Positions 28,218 to 39,391 are shown, counted from the stretch's first letter. The stretch: 64,000 nucleotides of DNA from Chloroflexota bacterium (GCA_963170165.1 CAUJGQ010000128.1:14833-78832); one strand, 5' to 3'. Program-made: numbers and translations. Notes: a model not told the origin generated them from the letters alone.

Positions 28218-31200
28218 TTCGCCACGCTCCCTACCGCCTGCGCCCGGTACTCGGCCAGCGGCGCCACGTGGTAGTGCATCCCTCCGCCTGCCAGCGCGGC
28301 GGCGGCGGCGCGGGCCGTATCGATGGACGTGAAGCAGGGAATTCGCGTCTCAGCCGCCGCGCGGCGGATGTGGAACCCGTCACGCAGCGTGCCGGTGATG
28401 CGATTCTCCGAGGTGTTCACCACGACGTTTACACGACCTTCTCGGATCACGTCGACGACCGTCGGGTAGGCGCCGCTCAGGATCTTCTCGACCTCGGTCA
28501 CCGTGTATCCCATGCCGCGGATCATCGCCGCCGTGCCGGCGGTGGCGTAGAACTGATAGCCGGCCTCCGCCATCTGCCGGATGACCGGGACAGCGGCGGC
28601 CTTGGTCTGATCTGAGATTGACAGCAAGGCGCTACCGGTGGACGGCAACATCAGGTCCGCCGCTAGCAGCGCCTTGGTGAGGGCCGCCGGCCAGTCAACA
28701 TCGACACCCATCACCTCGCCGGTGGACTTCATCTCCGGGCCCAGATACGTATCGACGCCAATCAGCTTGGCCATGGAGAACACGGGTGCCTTGACGGCGA
28801 CCAGCTTCTGGCGCTTCCACAGGCCGCCGGTATAGCCCTGATCGTGCAACGTTCGGCCAAGCATGATATTGACCGCAACCTGCACCATCGGCACGCCGGT
28901 CACCTTGGAGAGGAAGGGCACCGTGCGCGAGCCTCGTGGGTTTACCTCCAGTACGTATACCTGCGAGCCGCCATCGGCTCCGGGCATGATCACGTACTGG
29001 ATGTTGATCAGGCCGCGGGCGCCGATGGCGACGCCGATGCGCCGCGTGAAGTCGACGACGGTAGCAACCTCAGCATCCGACAGGTTGAGCCCTGGATAGA
29101 CGGCCATCGAGTCGCCGGAGTGCACGCCCGCCCGCTCGATGTGTTCCATGATGCCGGGAATCAGGACATCAACGCCGTCGCAGATAGCGTCGACCTCGAC
29201 TTCCTTCCCCTCCAGGTACTTGTCGATCAGGATCGGCTTGCCGGCAGCCACATCGGTGGCAGTGGACATATAACGCACAAGTTCAGTCGCGTTCTGAACG
29301 ATCTCCATCGCCCGTCCACCGAGCACGTAGCTGGGCCGGACGAGCACCGGGTATCCGATCAGTGATGCGGTCTTGAGGGCGTGTTCCAGTGTGGTGACGG
29401 CGGCGCCCGGCGGCTGCGGGATCCCCAGCTGCGTCAGGAAGTCCTCAAACCGGCGGCGGTCCTCGGCGATGTCAATCGCCTCCCAGGACGAGCCGATGAT
29501 CGGTAGATCGTGGGCGTACAGCGGGCCCGCCAGGTTGATAGCGGTCTGACCGCCGAACTGGACAATACTGGCTGGTGGCTCGCCCTCGCCTGCCTCGTTC
29601 TCGATGATGTCCCGCACCGCCTCCTCATCGAGTGCCTCGAAGTACAAGCGGTCGGACGTGTCGAAGTCGGTGGAGACGGTCTCTGGGTTGGAGTTCGCCA
29701 TGATTGCGGCGTATCCGGCGCGCTGGAGCGCCCAGGCGGCCTGCACCGAGCAGTAATCGAACTCGATCCCCTGGCCGATGCGGATCGGGCCAGAGCCGAT
29801 CACGAGGGCTTTCTTGCCAGGCAGCGGCAGCGCCTCGTTCTCCTGCTCGTAGGTGCTGTAGAAGTACGGTGTTGCCGCATCGAATTCAGCGGCGCAGGTG
29901 TCCACCATCTTGTAGACCGGGCGGATATTCCAGCGCATGCGCGCCTCACGCACCTGCTCAGGCAGGCGGTCACCCAGCCGCCCAATCTGCGCGTCGGCGA
30001 AGCCCATGCGTTTGGCAGCGCGCAGCAGCTCCGGCGTCAGCGGCTCGGCCAGCAGCCGCTGTTCCATGTGAATGATGTTCTGGAACTTGTGCAGGAACCA
30101 TGGATCGACGCCAGTGCGGCGGGCCAGTTCCATGACGTCCATACCGCGTCGCAGCGGTGAAAACAGCGCCCAGAGCCGCTCGTCGGTGGCATGCAGCGGG
30201 CGCGTGGTCGGGTCGTCCCAGGCGTGATCCTCCCACAGCAGTGACCGCCCACCTACTTCCAGCGAGCGCACGGCCTTCTGCAGCGCCGCCTCGAACGTGC
30301 GGTCAATTGCCATCACCTCACCGGTCGCCTTCATCTGTGTCCCCAGCGTGCGATTGCCGAAGGGGAACTTGTCGAACGGCCAGCGCGGGATCTTCACCAC
30401 GACATAATCGAGCGCTGGTTCAAAGGCGGCTGTGGTCTTCTGGGTGACGGCGTTGGGGATCTCCTCCAGCCGCCGGCCGACGGCGATCTTGGCGGCGACA
30501 CGGGCGATCGGATACCCGGTCGCCTTTGAAGCCAGCGCTGACGAGCGGGACACGCGGGGATTGACCTCGATCACGTAGTAGGGCAGCGCGCTCGTGCCGG
30601 CCTGTGCGGTTTCGGGCGGGAGGTCGCTGTCCTGCCAGGGGACAATATCGTGGCGGGGCGCCAGGGCGAACTGGACGTTGCATCCGCCCTCGATACCCAG
30701 CGCGCGGATGATCTTGAGCGAGGCCGAGCGCAGCATCTGGTGATCGCGGTCGGAGAGTGTCTGCGAGGGCGCGACCACGATGGAATCGCCGGTGTGGACG
30801 CCCATCGGATCGATGTTCTCCATATTGCACACGGTGATGCACGTATCGTTGGCATCGCGCATCACCTCATACTCCAGCTCCTTCCAGCCCACCAAGCTCT
30901 TTTCCAGCAGCACCTGATGAATCGGACTAGCGGCCAGGCCGCCGGCGGTGATGCGCTCGAACTCCTCCTCGGTAGAGGCGATGCCGCCGCCTGTGCCGCC
31001 GAGCGTGAATGCGGGGCGAATCACCAGCGGCAGACCGATCTGTTCCTTCGCGACGCGGGCCTCACCCATGGAGTTGACCGTCAGGCTGGGCGGCACCGGC
31101 TCGCCGATGCTAATCAGCAGTTCCTTGAACAGCTCACGGTCTTCGGCCATCTTGATCGTCTCAAGGGTGGCGCCGAGCATCCGGACCTTGTACCGGTCCA

Positions 31201-31516
31201 GCACGCCCGATTCCGCCAGCTGCACCGCCAGATTGAGACCGGTCTGTCCGCCGAGCGTGGGCAGCAGGGCATCAGGCCGTTCGCGATCGATGATGCGTGT
31301 GAGCACCTCGACCGTGAGCGGCTCGATGTAGATCACGTCGGCGATGCCTTCGTCGGTCATAATGGTGGCGGGATTGGAGTTGACCAGCACCGAAACGACG
31401 CCCTCTTCGCGCATCGCCTTGCACGCTTGGGTGCCTGCATAGTCGAACTCTGCCGCCTGCCCGATAATGATCGGGCCCGAACCGATGATCAGGACCTTCG
31501 AGGGCTTCGCCAACAC
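28214..31516 (-). CDS. carB: Carbamoyl-phosphate synthase large subunit
   Basis: [49 protein letters not shown]; duplicated ATP-grasp domains plus MGS domain. Confidence 0.98.
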   Translation of the reverse strand: MLAKPSKVLIIGSGPIIIGQAAEFDYAGTQACKAMREEGVVSVLVNSNPATIMTDEGIADVIYIEPLTVEVLTRIIDRERPDALLPTLGGQTGLNLAVQLAESGVLDRYKVRMLGATLETIKMAEDRELFKELLISIGEPVPPSLTVNSMGEARVAKEQIGLPLVIRPAFTLGGTGGGIASTEEEFERITAGGLAASPIHQVLLEKSLVGWKELEYEVMRDANDTCITVCNMENIDPMGVHTGDSIVVAPSQTLSDRDHQMLRSASLKIIRALGIEGGCNVQFALAPRHDIVPWQDSDLPPETAQAGTSALPYYVIEVNPRVSRSSALASKATGYPIARVAAKIAVGRRLEEIPNAVTQKTTAAFEPALDYVVVKIPRWPFDKFPFGNRTLGTQMKATGEVMAIDRTFEAALQKAVRSLEVGGRSLLWEDHAWDDPTTRPLHATDERLWALFSPLRRGMDVMELARRTGVDPWFLHKFQNIIHMEQRLLAEPLTPELLRAAKRMGFADAQIGRLGDRLPEQVREARMRWNIRPVYKMVDTCAAEFDAATPYFYSTYEQENEALPLPGKKALVIGSGPIRIGQGIEFDYCSVQAAWALQRAGYAAIMANSNPETVSTDFDTSDRLYFEALDEEAVRDIIENEAGEGEPPASIVQFGGQTAINLAGPLYAHDLPIIGSSWEAIDIAEDRRRFEDFLTQLGIPQPPGAAVTTLEHALKTASLIGYPVLVRPSYVLGGRAMEIVQNATELVRYMSTATDVAAGKPILIDKYLEGKEVEVDAICDGVDVLIPGIMEHIERAGVHSGDSMAVYPGLNLSDAEVATVVDFTRRIGVAIGARGLINIQYVIMPGADGGSQVYVLEVNPRGSRTVPFLSKVTGVPMVQVAVNIMLGRTLHDQGYTGGLWKRQKLVAVKAPVFSMAKLIGVDTYLGPEMKSTGEVMGVDVDWPAALTKALLAADLMLPSTGSALLSISDQTKAAAVPVIRQMAEAGYQFYATAGTAAMIRGMGYTVTEVEKILSGAYPTVVDVIREGRVNVVVNTSENRITGTLRDGFHIRRAAAETRIPCFTSIDTARAAAAALAGGGMHYHVAPLAEYRAQAVGSVAK

Positions 31517-31526
31517 GCCACTCCCA

Positions 31527-31600
31527 TATTTCGTGCTGCGTATTCCGTATTCCGTCGGGGCCGGCCGGCACGCTTACGGAACACGCGAACCGAAATACGC
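31527..31600. repeat. Heptamer-based (CGTATTC) imperfect long inverted repeat in the GNAT-carB spacer
   Basis: TATTTCG...CGAAATA and GCGTATTCCGTA...TACGGAACACGC arms. Confidence 0.6.
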
Positions 31601-31604
31601 ATTG

Positions 31605-32096
31605 CTACACGGGCAGTTCATATGCCATCCCGCCGCCGCTGAGCTGGACGATGGGGCCGATGGCGCTGAAGAACGACAACGCGGGCTCGTTGTAGGCCGG
31701 GATCGTGCCCCGTAGCTTGGTGAAGCCGGTGGACTTCGCGAACTCGGCGCAGGCGCGCGCTAGCTCGATGCCGATGCCACGGCGGCGGTGCGACTCGCGC
31801 ACCCACACACCCATCGTCAGTGTGTCTGCTTCGACCTGGTCCGGCTGCAGCACGGCAAACGCGACGACCTCATTGCCGTCTTTGCAGTAGAACAGGCCGC
31901 CGCGATCGCCAATGCGTTCGATGTGTGCGGTCCATTCGGCGGCGGTGCGATTGGGCGGCAGCGCGGTCCCGACACCACCCAGCTTGTCACCGTGCTCCTT
32001 GTTGATGGTCTCGGCCAGCACGGCCACACCGGCTGCGATCTCTGCCACGTCTCCCTTGCGGGTGGGGTCCACGCGATCGGCGGCTGTGACGCTCAT
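31605..32096 (-). CDS. GNAT family N-acetyltransferase
   Basis: Motif A VRESHRRRGIGIELA, N..ALSFF; ATG overlaps the carA stop (ATGA). Confidence 0.85.
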   Translation of the reverse strand: MSVTAADRVDPTRKGDVAEIAAGVAVLAETINKEHGDKLGGVGTALPPNRTAAEWTAHIERIGDRGGLFYCKDGNEVVAFAVLQPDQVEADTLTMGVWVRESHRRRGIGIELARACAEFAKSTGFTKLRGTIPAYNEPALSFFSAIGPIVQLSGGGMAYELPV

Positions 32097-33190
32097 CCAC
32101 GTCCTCCCTTTGCGGCCGCTACCATCGCCAGGAAGCGGTCAAACAGGTACATATTATCGTGCGGCCCGGGTGAGGCCTCAGAGTGATACTGGATTGACAG
32201 CACTGGCTCGGACCGGTGCGTTAGCCCTTCGCAGGTGTAGTCGTTGAGGTTCAGGTGCGACACCTCTGCTCCGCCCCGCAGTCCATCCGGGTCCAGCGCG
32301 TAGCCGTGATTCTGGGCGGTGATGTGCACCTCACCGGTGAGCAGGTCTTTGACCGGATGGTTGCCACCGCGGTGGCCGAACTTGAGTTTGAAGGTTCCGG
32401 CGCCGAAGGCGCGCCCGAGCACTTGATGGCCCAGGCAGATGCCCATCACCGGCGTGCGGCCGACAATGCCCTTGGCGGTTTCCACCATGAAGTCGAGCAG
32501 TTGCGGGTCACCGGGGCCAGGGGACAGCAAGACGCCGTCCGGTTGCCGGGCCAGCACCTCGGCCGCCGGTGTGTCGCATGGCAGGGCCGTGGTCCGGTAG
32601 CCCTGGCGGTTGAGGGTGCGCATGATGTTGTACTTCAGGCCCTCGTCCAGCAACACGATATGGCCGCGTGGTTCGGTGGCCGGCTCCCAAGTGTAGGGCC
32701 GTGTTGCTGTGACCTGCCGCACGTAGTCACCGTCGTCATAGCGCGGCAGATCGCGTAGCCGCTCCAGCGCTTGCGCCGGCGTCTCGTCTGACGTGACCGT
32801 GCCCATCATCACCCCGGTGGTACGCAGCCGCCGCGTGAGTGCGCGCGTGTCGATGCCAGCGATCGCCGGGATACCGTTGCGTGTGAGATAGTCGTGCAGT
32901 GTGTCGCCGCCGCGGGGATGGCTGGGGATGGCGCAATCTTCGCGCATGACGAACGCCGCCGCCTGTACCTGCCGCGACTCGGTTTCGCCGGTGCGGGTGG
33001 CGTAGTTACCGATCAGGGGGTACGTCATCACGATGACCTGCCCGGCGTAGGAGGGGTCCGTCAGGATTTCCTGGTAGCCGGTCATACTCGTGTTGAAGAC
33101 GACCTCGCCGTGCCCTCGGACCGGGGCGCCGGCTGCTTGGCCCTGATAGACCGTGCCATCTTCCAGCACCAGGAATGCCCGTTCTACCAC
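32093..33190 (-). CDS. carA: Carbamoyl-phosphate synthase small subunit
   Basis: GEVVFNTSMTGYQEILTDPSY, LSPGPGDP, GICLGHQ, FGHRGGNHPV, QNHG, QYHSE. Confidence 0.97.
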   Translation of the reverse strand: MVERAFLVLEDGTVYQGQAAGAPVRGHGEVVFNTSMTGYQEILTDPSYAGQVIVMTYPLIGNYATRTGETESRQVQAAAFVMREDCAIPSHPRGGDTLHDYLTRNGIPAIAGIDTRALTRRLRTTGVMMGTVTSDETPAQALERLRDLPRYDDGDYVRQVTATRPYTWEPATEPRGHIVLLDEGLKYNIMRTLNRQGYRTTALPCDTPAAEVLARQPDGVLLSPGPGDPQLLDFMVETAKGIVGRTPVMGICLGHQVLGRAFGAGTFKLKFGHRGGNHPVKDLLTGEVHITAQNHGYALDPDGLRGGAEVSHLNLNDYTCEGLTHRSEPVLSIQYHSEASPGPHDNMYLFDRFLAMVAAAKGGRG

Positions 33191-33222
33191 TTGCGATGCT
33201 CCCGACTGCCGCTGGACAGCAG

Positions 33223-34545
33223 CTAATTCTCTAATGCGTTATACGTAACCGTGCCGGACGCCACCGTTACCAGCACCTGACCCGTCAGTTGCCAGCCGTC
33301 AAACGGCGTGTTCTTGCCCTTTGACGCTAGCGCTGCCGGTTGGACGGTCCATATTCGATCGGGGTCGATCACCACGACATCCGCCGGGGCGCCGGCCGCC
33401 AAGGTACCCAACCCGGTGAGCCCCGTTCGTTCGGCCAGGCGCAGCGCCCGCGCTGGACCGCAGGTCAGCCGGGCGAGCGCCTCGGCGAACGAGATGCGGC
33501 CCGCGTGCACCAGCCGCAGTACCAGCGCGAGCGCCGTCTCCAGTCCTGTCAGGCCGGGCGCGGCCAAGTCAAACTCGCACAGCTTGTCGGTGGTCGCGTG
33601 CGGCGCGTGGTCGGTCGCCACTGCGTCAATCGTACCGTCCCGTAAGCCGTCAATGCACGCCTCGACATCGCGGTCGGTGCGTAAGGGTGGGTTGACGCGA
33701 CAACTGGTGTCATACGGGGCAGTGTCCCGGCCGAGCACCGCTTCGTGTGTCAGGGTGAGGTGATGGGGCGTGACTTCGGCCGTCACGGGCACGCCGCGGG
33801 CTTTGGCGGTCCGCACCAGGTCAACCGCGCCGGCGGTGCTGACATGCTGGATGTGAATGTGCCCGCCGGTCAGGGCGGCAAGCTGGAGATCGCGGGCGAC
33901 CGCGGCCTCCTCGGCCGCCGCCGGTGTGCCCTTCAAGCCTAGCCGTGTGGCGACCCAGCCCTCATGCATCACGCCACCAGCCGCGATCACCGGGTCCTCG
34001 GCGTGGTCAAGAACGGGCAGGCCAAGGGCGCGGGCGTACTCCAGCGCGTGGCGCATCAACCCGCTATCGACGACGTAGGTACCGTCGTCGCTAAAGCCGA
34101 TGCAGCCGGCCGCGGCCAGTTCACCCATCTCCGCCAGCTGCTTGCCCGCACGGCCCCGCGTGATGGCGCCGGTCACCAGGACCCGCGCGGCCGCTACTTC
34201 GGCGGCGGTGCGCTGGATATACTCGACCACGGCACGGTTGTCGATGGCGGGGTCGGTGTTTGGCATGGCGCACACAGTAGTGAAGCCACCACGGGCGGCC
34301 GCACGGGTGCCGCTGGCGATGGTTTCCTTGTACTCCTGCCCTGGCTCGCGCAGGTGCGTATGCAGGTCGATCAGCCCGGGTGCCACGACCAGGCCGCGGG
34401 CATCGATGGTCCGAGCTGCGGTCGCCGTTCTGGCGCCGGGCACGGCGACGCGGCCGTCGATGAGCAGCAGATCACCCACGGCATCGGTGCCTGTGCCGGG
34501 GTCGATGATCCGGCCGCCCGTGATCAGCAGGGGCTCTGCCGCCAT
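33223..34545 (-). CDS. pyrC: Dihydroorotase
   Basis: PGLIDLHTHLREPG, AMPNTDP, FSDDG, EVTPHHL, NPPLR, ATDHAPH. Confidence 0.96.
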   Translation of the reverse strand: MAAEPLLITGGRIIDPGTGTDAVGDLLLIDGRVAVPGARTATAARTIDARGLVVAPGLIDLHTHLREPGQEYKETIASGTRAAARGGFTTVCAMPNTDPAIDNRAVVEYIQRTAAEVAAARVLVTGAITRGRAGKQLAEMGELAAAGCIGFSDDGTYVVDSGLMRHALEYARALGLPVLDHAEDPVIAAGGVMHEGWVATRLGLKGTPAAAEEAAVARDLQLAALTGGHIHIQHVSTAGAVDLVRTAKARGVPVTAEVTPHHLTLTHEAVLGRDTAPYDTSCRVNPPLRTDRDVEACIDGLRDGTIDAVATDHAPHATTDKLCEFDLAAPGLTGLETALALVLRLVHAGRISFAEALARLTCGPARALRLAERTGLTGLGTLAAGAPADVVVIDPDRIWTVQPAALASKGKNTPFDGWQLTGQVLVTVASGTVTYNALEN

Positions 34546-34584
34546 ACTCAGCATCCTTTGTTGCCCGGTCCCGCAATCGTGGAG

Positions 34585-35649
34585 CTACGCCGCGCGCTTA
34601 CCCCCGCGGATCAGGTAGAGCAGCGCCATCCGAACCGCCACACCGTTCGTCACCTGCTCTTCGATGCCGGATTGCACGGAGTAGGCGACATCAGGGGCGA
34701 TCTCCACGCCCTCATTCATCGGCCCCGGATGCATCACCAGCGCGTCGGGTTTGGCCCACCGTAGCCGCTCGGCGGTGATCTCATACAGCCGGGAGTACTC
34801 GCGCAGACTGGGAATCAGCCCGGACTGCATGCGTTCCTTCTGCAGCCTGAGCGTCATCACCACATCGGCGCCGTCAAGCGCTTCCCGAAGATCGTGGCAG
34901 ACGGTGACATGCGGCAGGCATCGCCCAGGCTCAGCCTCATCGATCACACCGAGCCCGGCCGGGATCAGGGTCGGCGGTCCGCAAACGACGATCTCCGCCC
35001 CCGCGGCGCTCAGTCCCCACAGGTTTGAGCGGGCGACGCGGGAGTGCATGATGTCGCCGACGATGACGACCTTGCAGCCGCGCACGTTGCCTAACCGCCG
35101 CTGAATGGTGAACAGATCGAGCAGCGCCTGGGTAGGATGTGCGTGCCAGCCGTCGCCACCGTTTAGCACCGCAGCGTCCACATGCCGGGCGGCGAGATAG
35201 GGCGCACCGGAGTTGCTGTGGCGCATCACGAGGATGTCGACGCCGATCGCTCGCAGGGTGCGCACGGTATCAATCAGCGATTCACCCTTCTCTACGCTGG
35301 AGCCAGAGGAGGAGACATTGATGACATCAGCGCCCAGGGCCTTGCCTGCCAGTTCGAACGACGCGCGGGTGCGGGTACTGGCTTCGTAAAACAGCGTGGC
35401 GATGGTTGTGCCGCGCAGCGTGGGGAGTCGCGGCACCTCGCGGCCCAGTACTTCGCGCATTGCGTCAGCCGTCTCAAGGACGATCGCGATCTCGTCCGGC
35501 GTGAAATCGTCCAGGTCGAGGACGTGGCGGCGGGTCCACGGGAGCGGAGACGGTTCTGCCGTTGCCTGCGGCGGGCGGGTGCTCATCCCGGTGCCGTTGG
35601 CGGCCTCCTGCTGATCGCGCCGGTCGACTGTTCGGGTCAAACCGTTCAT
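34585..35649 (-). CDS. pyrB: Aspartate carbamoyltransferase catalytic subunit
   Basis: FYEASTRTRASF, KGESLIDT, HPTQALLD, GDIMHSRV, RLQKER, HPGP. Confidence 0.97.
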   Translation of the reverse strand: MNGLTRTVDRRDQQEAANGTGMSTRPPQATAEPSPLPWTRRHVLDLDDFTPDEIAIVLETADAMREVLGREVPRLPTLRGTTIATLFYEASTRTRASFELAGKALGADVINVSSSGSSVEKGESLIDTVRTLRAIGVDILVMRHSNSGAPYLAARHVDAAVLNGGDGWHAHPTQALLDLFTIQRRLGNVRGCKVVIVGDIMHSRVARSNLWGLSAAGAEIVVCGPPTLIPAGLGVIDEAEPGRCLPHVTVCHDLREALDGADVVMTLRLQKERMQSGLIPSLREYSRLYEITAERLRWAKPDALVMHPGPMNEGVEIAPDVAYSVQSGIEEQVTNGVAVRMALLYLIRGGKRAA

Positions 35650-35653
35650 CGTC

Positions 35654-36196
35654 TTAATCCCTCCCCGGGCTGTGCAGCAGCACACGGTCGTTGCCATCGG
35701 TCTCGGCTAGTTCCACACTGACGAGTTCGTCCCGCGAGGTCGGCAGGTTACGGCCTACGAAGTCCGGCCGGATCGGCAGTTCACGGTGGCCGCGGTCCAC
35801 CATGACGGCCAGCATGATGCGGCGTGGCCGGCCGAAGTCGTTCAGTGCGTCCAGCGCTGCCCGGGCGGTGCGACCGGTGTAGAGCACATCATCTACCAGC
35901 ACCACCGTCTTATCGTTGATGTCCGTGGGGATATGGCTGCGCTGGACCCGCGGACGGGCAGCGAGACGGGGGAGGTCGTCTCGGTGCAGGCTGATGTCCA
36001 GCGCCCCCACGGGCACCGGCACTCCCTCGAAGCCTTGGATGGCCGTGGCGATGCGGCGGGCGAGCGGTGCCCCGCGCGAGTGCACCCCGACCAGTACGAC
36101 GCCGCTGGCGCCGCGTGAGTGCTCCACGATCTCGTGGGCGATGCGCCGGATAGCGCGTTGCATGTCAGCGTCCGACATGATCACCTTGTCCGCCAT
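35654..36196 (-). CDS. pyrR: Pyrimidine operon attenuation protein / uracil PRTase
   Basis: [46 protein letters not shown]. Confidence 0.97.
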   Translation of the reverse strand: MADKVIMSDADMQRAIRRIAHEIVEHSRGASGVVLVGVHSRGAPLARRIATAIQGFEGVPVPVGALDISLHRDDLPRLAARPRVQRSHIPTDINDKTVVLVDDVLYTGRTARAALDALNDFGRPRRIMLAVMVDRGHRELPIRPDFVGRNLPTSRDELVSVELAETDGNDRVLLHSPGRD

Positions 36197-36226
36197 CAGC
36201 GCGCCCCCGGGACAAATCGGGGCGTG

Positions 36227-36262
36227 AAAAAACTCCCTCCTCCGGCTGACCGGTGAGGGAGC
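36227..36262 (-). terminator. pyr leader attenuator terminator
   Basis: Minus strand CTCCCTC...GAGGGAG stem followed by TTTTTT. Confidence 0.85.
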
Positions 36263-36317
36263 AATGGCCGGCGCACTGCGCGCCCGTGGACAACGTGCCT
36301 CATCATGCGACCCGCTC

Positions 36318-36348
36318 CCTTTCCGGCCTCACAGGACCGGATTAAAGG
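36318..36348 (-). promoter_or_regulatory. PyrR-binding loop (anti-antiterminator)
   Basis: Minus strand CCTTTAATCCGGTCCTGTGAGGCCGGAAAGG matches the ARUCCNGNGAGGYU consensus. Confidence 0.9.
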
Positions 36349-36500
36349 CTGCGTATCCGCCCTTGCCCTGGCATTGTAGCAGCCGCCGCCGGGTCGCTCA
36401 AACGGCCAAACGGCATCGCGCGCACGGGGTCACCGGCGGGCCTGTGTTAAACTGGCTGCGGCGGTCCGCTTGGCGGCAACGAACAAGGTAGGGACCGACG

Positions 36501-37112
36501 GTGACCATCACTCCACTGACCGGGCCGGTGCCCGAGGTTTCGGATGTTCGTGGCAGAATCGTGAACGCGGCGCTGGATCTGTTCGCCGCGAAGGGCTATG
36601 CGGCAGCATCGCTCCGGGAGATCGCCGAGGCTGCCCGCACCACCAAGCCCATGATCTATTACTACTTTCAGTCCAAGGAGGGGCTGTACGCCTCAACGCT
36701 AGGTGAACGGCTCCAGGCGTTTGCCGACGCCATTGACCGCGCCACCGAGCGCGACGACGACCCGCGTGACCGCCTACGCGCCTTCTCAGACGCCTACCTC
36801 GCGTACTTTCAGTCTCAGGAGCCACACCTTGCCTTTGTCGTGCGGGAGGTGTTCGGTCTCGGAGCACAGATTATGGCGGAGTTCGGCCGGACCCTCGACC
36901 AGCATATCTCCGGCCGGCTGCGGTGCATCTTAGAAGACGGTATGGAGCGCGGGGTGTTTCGGCGCACCGATGCCAATGCCTGCGCCGTGGCCGTGATGGG
37001 GATTCTCAGCATGTTCATTCTGCGGCGCGTGTTCGGCGGTGAGTCGCTGGACCGCGAAGCGGCGGTGGCGCAGGTGGTCGACTTCTACGTACCGGGGCTC
37101 GGCGTCCGCTAG
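36501..37112 (+). CDS. TetR/AcrR family regulator
   Basis: RIVNAALDLFAAKGYAAASLREIAEAARTTKPMIYYYFQSKEGL. Confidence 0.95.
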   Translation: MTITPLTGPVPEVSDVRGRIVNAALDLFAAKGYAAASLREIAEAARTTKPMIYYYFQSKEGLYASTLGERLQAFADAIDRATERDDDPRDRLRAFSDAYLAYFQSQEPHLAFVVREVFGLGAQIMAEFGRTLDQHISGRLRCILEDGMERGVFRRTDANACAVAVMGILSMFILRRVFGGESLDREAAVAQVVDFYVPGLGVR

Positions 37113-37981
37113 TCGAACAGATCGGCAGTCGCTGTCCGCGGCGCGGGTCCGGCGGCGCCACCTGCCATCCGCCGGCGGCGCAGGCTGCTGTAGGCATACG
37201 CCGCGACAAAGCCGGCGGCGCCCAGCAGTACAATACTGGCCCCAGACGCGACATTCAGGTGATAGCTGAGATACATCCCCATGAAGCCGGTGATGGCGCC
37301 GAGCACCGCCGACCACACCAGCATCCGGCCAAAGCTGTCGGTGAGCAGCCGCGAGGTCACCGGCGGAATCACGATGGTGGCGGCGATCAGCGTCACGCCC
37401 ACGATTTGCATGGAGGCGACGATGGTGGCCGCCAGCGCAAGGGCGAAGCCGGTGTCCAGCCAGCCCGCGGGCACCCCGTACACCGGCGCCACGTCCGGGT
37501 CAAACGTCAGGAACAACAACTGCTTGTAGGCGAAGAACACAAACGCCGTCACCGCAGCCGTAACCGCGCCGATCACCCACAGATCCGTAACGGTGACGCC
37601 CAGGATGTTACCGAACAGCGCCGCCTCGAAGTTACGGGTGAAACTGCGCCCGCGACTAATCAGCGCCACGCCAAAGGCGAAGCTGGAGGTCGTGATGATG
37701 CCGATGGCCGCGTCGGCGCCGATCCTGCGGCCGCGCGCCGTGGCGTTGATCAGGACCGCGGAAAGAAACCCCCAGAGGCCGGCGCCGATGTAGAAGTTCC
37801 AGTCAATGAAGTAGCTGACCACTGCGCCGCCAAACACCGAATGCGAGAGGCCATGGCCGATGTAGCTCATGCCGCGGAGCACAATGTAGACGCCGAGCAG
37901 CCCGCACAGCGCTCCCGCCAAGGTCGCGGCAACTAACCCGTTGCGGAAGAACGCATAATCGAGCGGCTCAAGTATCGGCAT
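37109..37981 (-). CDS. Metal (Zn/Mn) ABC transporter permease
   Basis: ABC-3 family: MSYIGHGLSHSVFGG, LFGNIL, LTFDP, VGVTLI..IPP. Confidence 0.93.
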   Translation of the reverse strand: MPILEPLDYAFFRNGLVAATLAGALCGLLGVYIVLRGMSYIGHGLSHSVFGGAVVSYFIDWNFYIGAGLWGFLSAVLINATARGRRIGADAAIGIITTSSFAFGVALISRGRSFTRNFEAALFGNILGVTVTDLWVIGAVTAAVTAFVFFAYKQLLFLTFDPDVAPVYGVPAGWLDTGFALALAATIVASMQIVGVTLIAATIVIPPVTSRLLTDSFGRMLVWSAVLGAITGFMGMYLSYHLNVASGASIVLLGAAGFVAAYAYSSLRRRRMAGGAAGPAPRTATADLFD

Positions 37982-38014
37982 CGTGATCGTCCCGCCGGCC
38001 GGGGCTCGGCATGG

Positions 38015-38926
38015 CTATGGCTCGCCGTCCGGAGCTGAACCGGTGACGGCGGGAACGGCATGGGCGTGTACGTGCGCGTGCCACGGCTCAGTGGCGGCAT
38101 GCTGGTGCTCGTGACTGTGCCTCAGCCGCTCGCGCAGCCGGTGGGGAGCAATGTCTGCCACCAGCAGCAAGCCATCTTGCCGGACGACCTGCATGTCGGC
38201 GCCATAGGTACGGCTCAACACGTCCGGTGTGAACACGTCATCGGGGTCGCCATGGGCCACGACCCCGCCGTTGATGCACACAACTTGCGGCAAATGGGCG
38301 GCGACGGCGTTGAGCTCGTGCGTGGTCAGGACCACCGTTACGCCATCGCCGTTGATGTCTGACAGCAGATGCAGCACCTCGTCGCGGGTCTTGACATCGA
38401 CTCCACTAGTCGGCTCGTCCAGCAGCAGAATACGGGGCTCGGAGATCAGAGCGCGGGCCAGGAACACCCGCTGCTGCTGCCCTCCCGACAGGTCACGGAT
38501 GTGGCGGCGGGCCAGGTTGTTGATACCCAGGCGGCCAAGGATGCGATGCAGGTGGGTACGGTCAGCTTGGGACGGCCATGGCCATGGCCACGTCTTCATG
38601 GCGCGACCCATTAGCACCACTTCCTCGACGGTGACCGGGAAGTTCCAGTCCACCGTCTCCAGCTGTGGCACATAGGCAATGCCGGCCGGCGGTCCATGCC
38701 GTACCGGCGTACCCAGTACGTGCACAGCGCCGGAGACCCGCGGCACCATCCCCAAGAGGACGCGTAGCAACGTGGTCTTGCCGGCGCCACTCGGCCCCAC
38801 CAGGCCGACGAACTGACCGGCCGCGATGGACAGCGTGACATCCTGCAGCACCGGGCGTACGTCATAGCCGCAGGTCAGCCCGCTGATGCTGACTGCCGGT
38901 GTTGGGGCGTCACTGAGCGAACCCAT
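38015..38926 (-). CDS. Metal ABC transporter ATP-binding protein with His-rich tail
   Basis: GPSGAGKTT, YVPQ, LSGGQQQRV, LLDEPTSGVD, THELN; C-terminal HSHEHQH...HAHVHAH. Confidence 0.93.
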   Translation of the reverse strand: MGSLSDAPTPAVSISGLTCGYDVRPVLQDVTLSIAAGQFVGLVGPSGAGKTTLLRVLLGMVPRVSGAVHVLGTPVRHGPPAGIAYVPQLETVDWNFPVTVEEVVLMGRAMKTWPWPWPSQADRTHLHRILGRLGINNLARRHIRDLSGGQQQRVFLARALISEPRILLLDEPTSGVDVKTRDEVLHLLSDINGDGVTVVLTTHELNAVAAHLPQVVCINGGVVAHGDPDDVFTPDVLSRTYGADMQVVRQDGLLLVADIAPHRLRERLRHSHEHQHAATEPWHAHVHAHAVPAVTGSAPDGEP

Positions 38927-38938
38927 GCGTTTCGCCTC

Positions 38939-39391
38939 TCACAAGCCTGGCGAGGCGGCGGGAGCGGCAGCCGGCCGGCAGGCGGCGCACCGGCCAAAGA
39001 TGGCGAAGTGATGCAGATCGGCCTCGAAGTCCAGGTCGCGCGCCAGATCATCGCCTAACCGCTCAAGGTAGCCATGATCGAGCTCGAGTACGCGGTGACA
39101 GCCGCTACATATCAGATGATGGTGGGGCCGCTCTTGCACCCACTCATAGGCGAGATCACCGCTACCCATATCCGTTTCCGTGACCAGCCGCATGGTACGC
39201 AGCGCGGTGAGCGTACGGTAGATGGTCGAAATGTCAACATAAGGGTAAGCGGCGCGTACTTGCTCGAAGATCTCAGCGGCGGTCAGATGGCCCTGCGCAT
39301 GGCGCAGCGCAGACAGCACCATGAGCCGCTGGGGCGTCAGCTTCATCTCGGCGCGGCGCAGCACCGCAACGGAGTCTGTATCACAACTCAT
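38939..39391 (-). CDS. Fur family regulator (Zur-like)
   Basis: KLTPQRLMVL, STIYRTL, HHHLICSGC, C-terminal CAAC. Confidence 0.92.
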   Translation of the reverse strand: MSCDTDSVAVLRRAEMKLTPQRLMVLSALRHAQGHLTAAEIFEQVRAAYPYVDISTIYRTLTALRTMRLVTETDMGSGDLAYEWVQERPHHHLICSGCHRVLELDHGYLERLGDDLARDLDFEADLHHFAIFGRCAACRPAAAPAASPGL

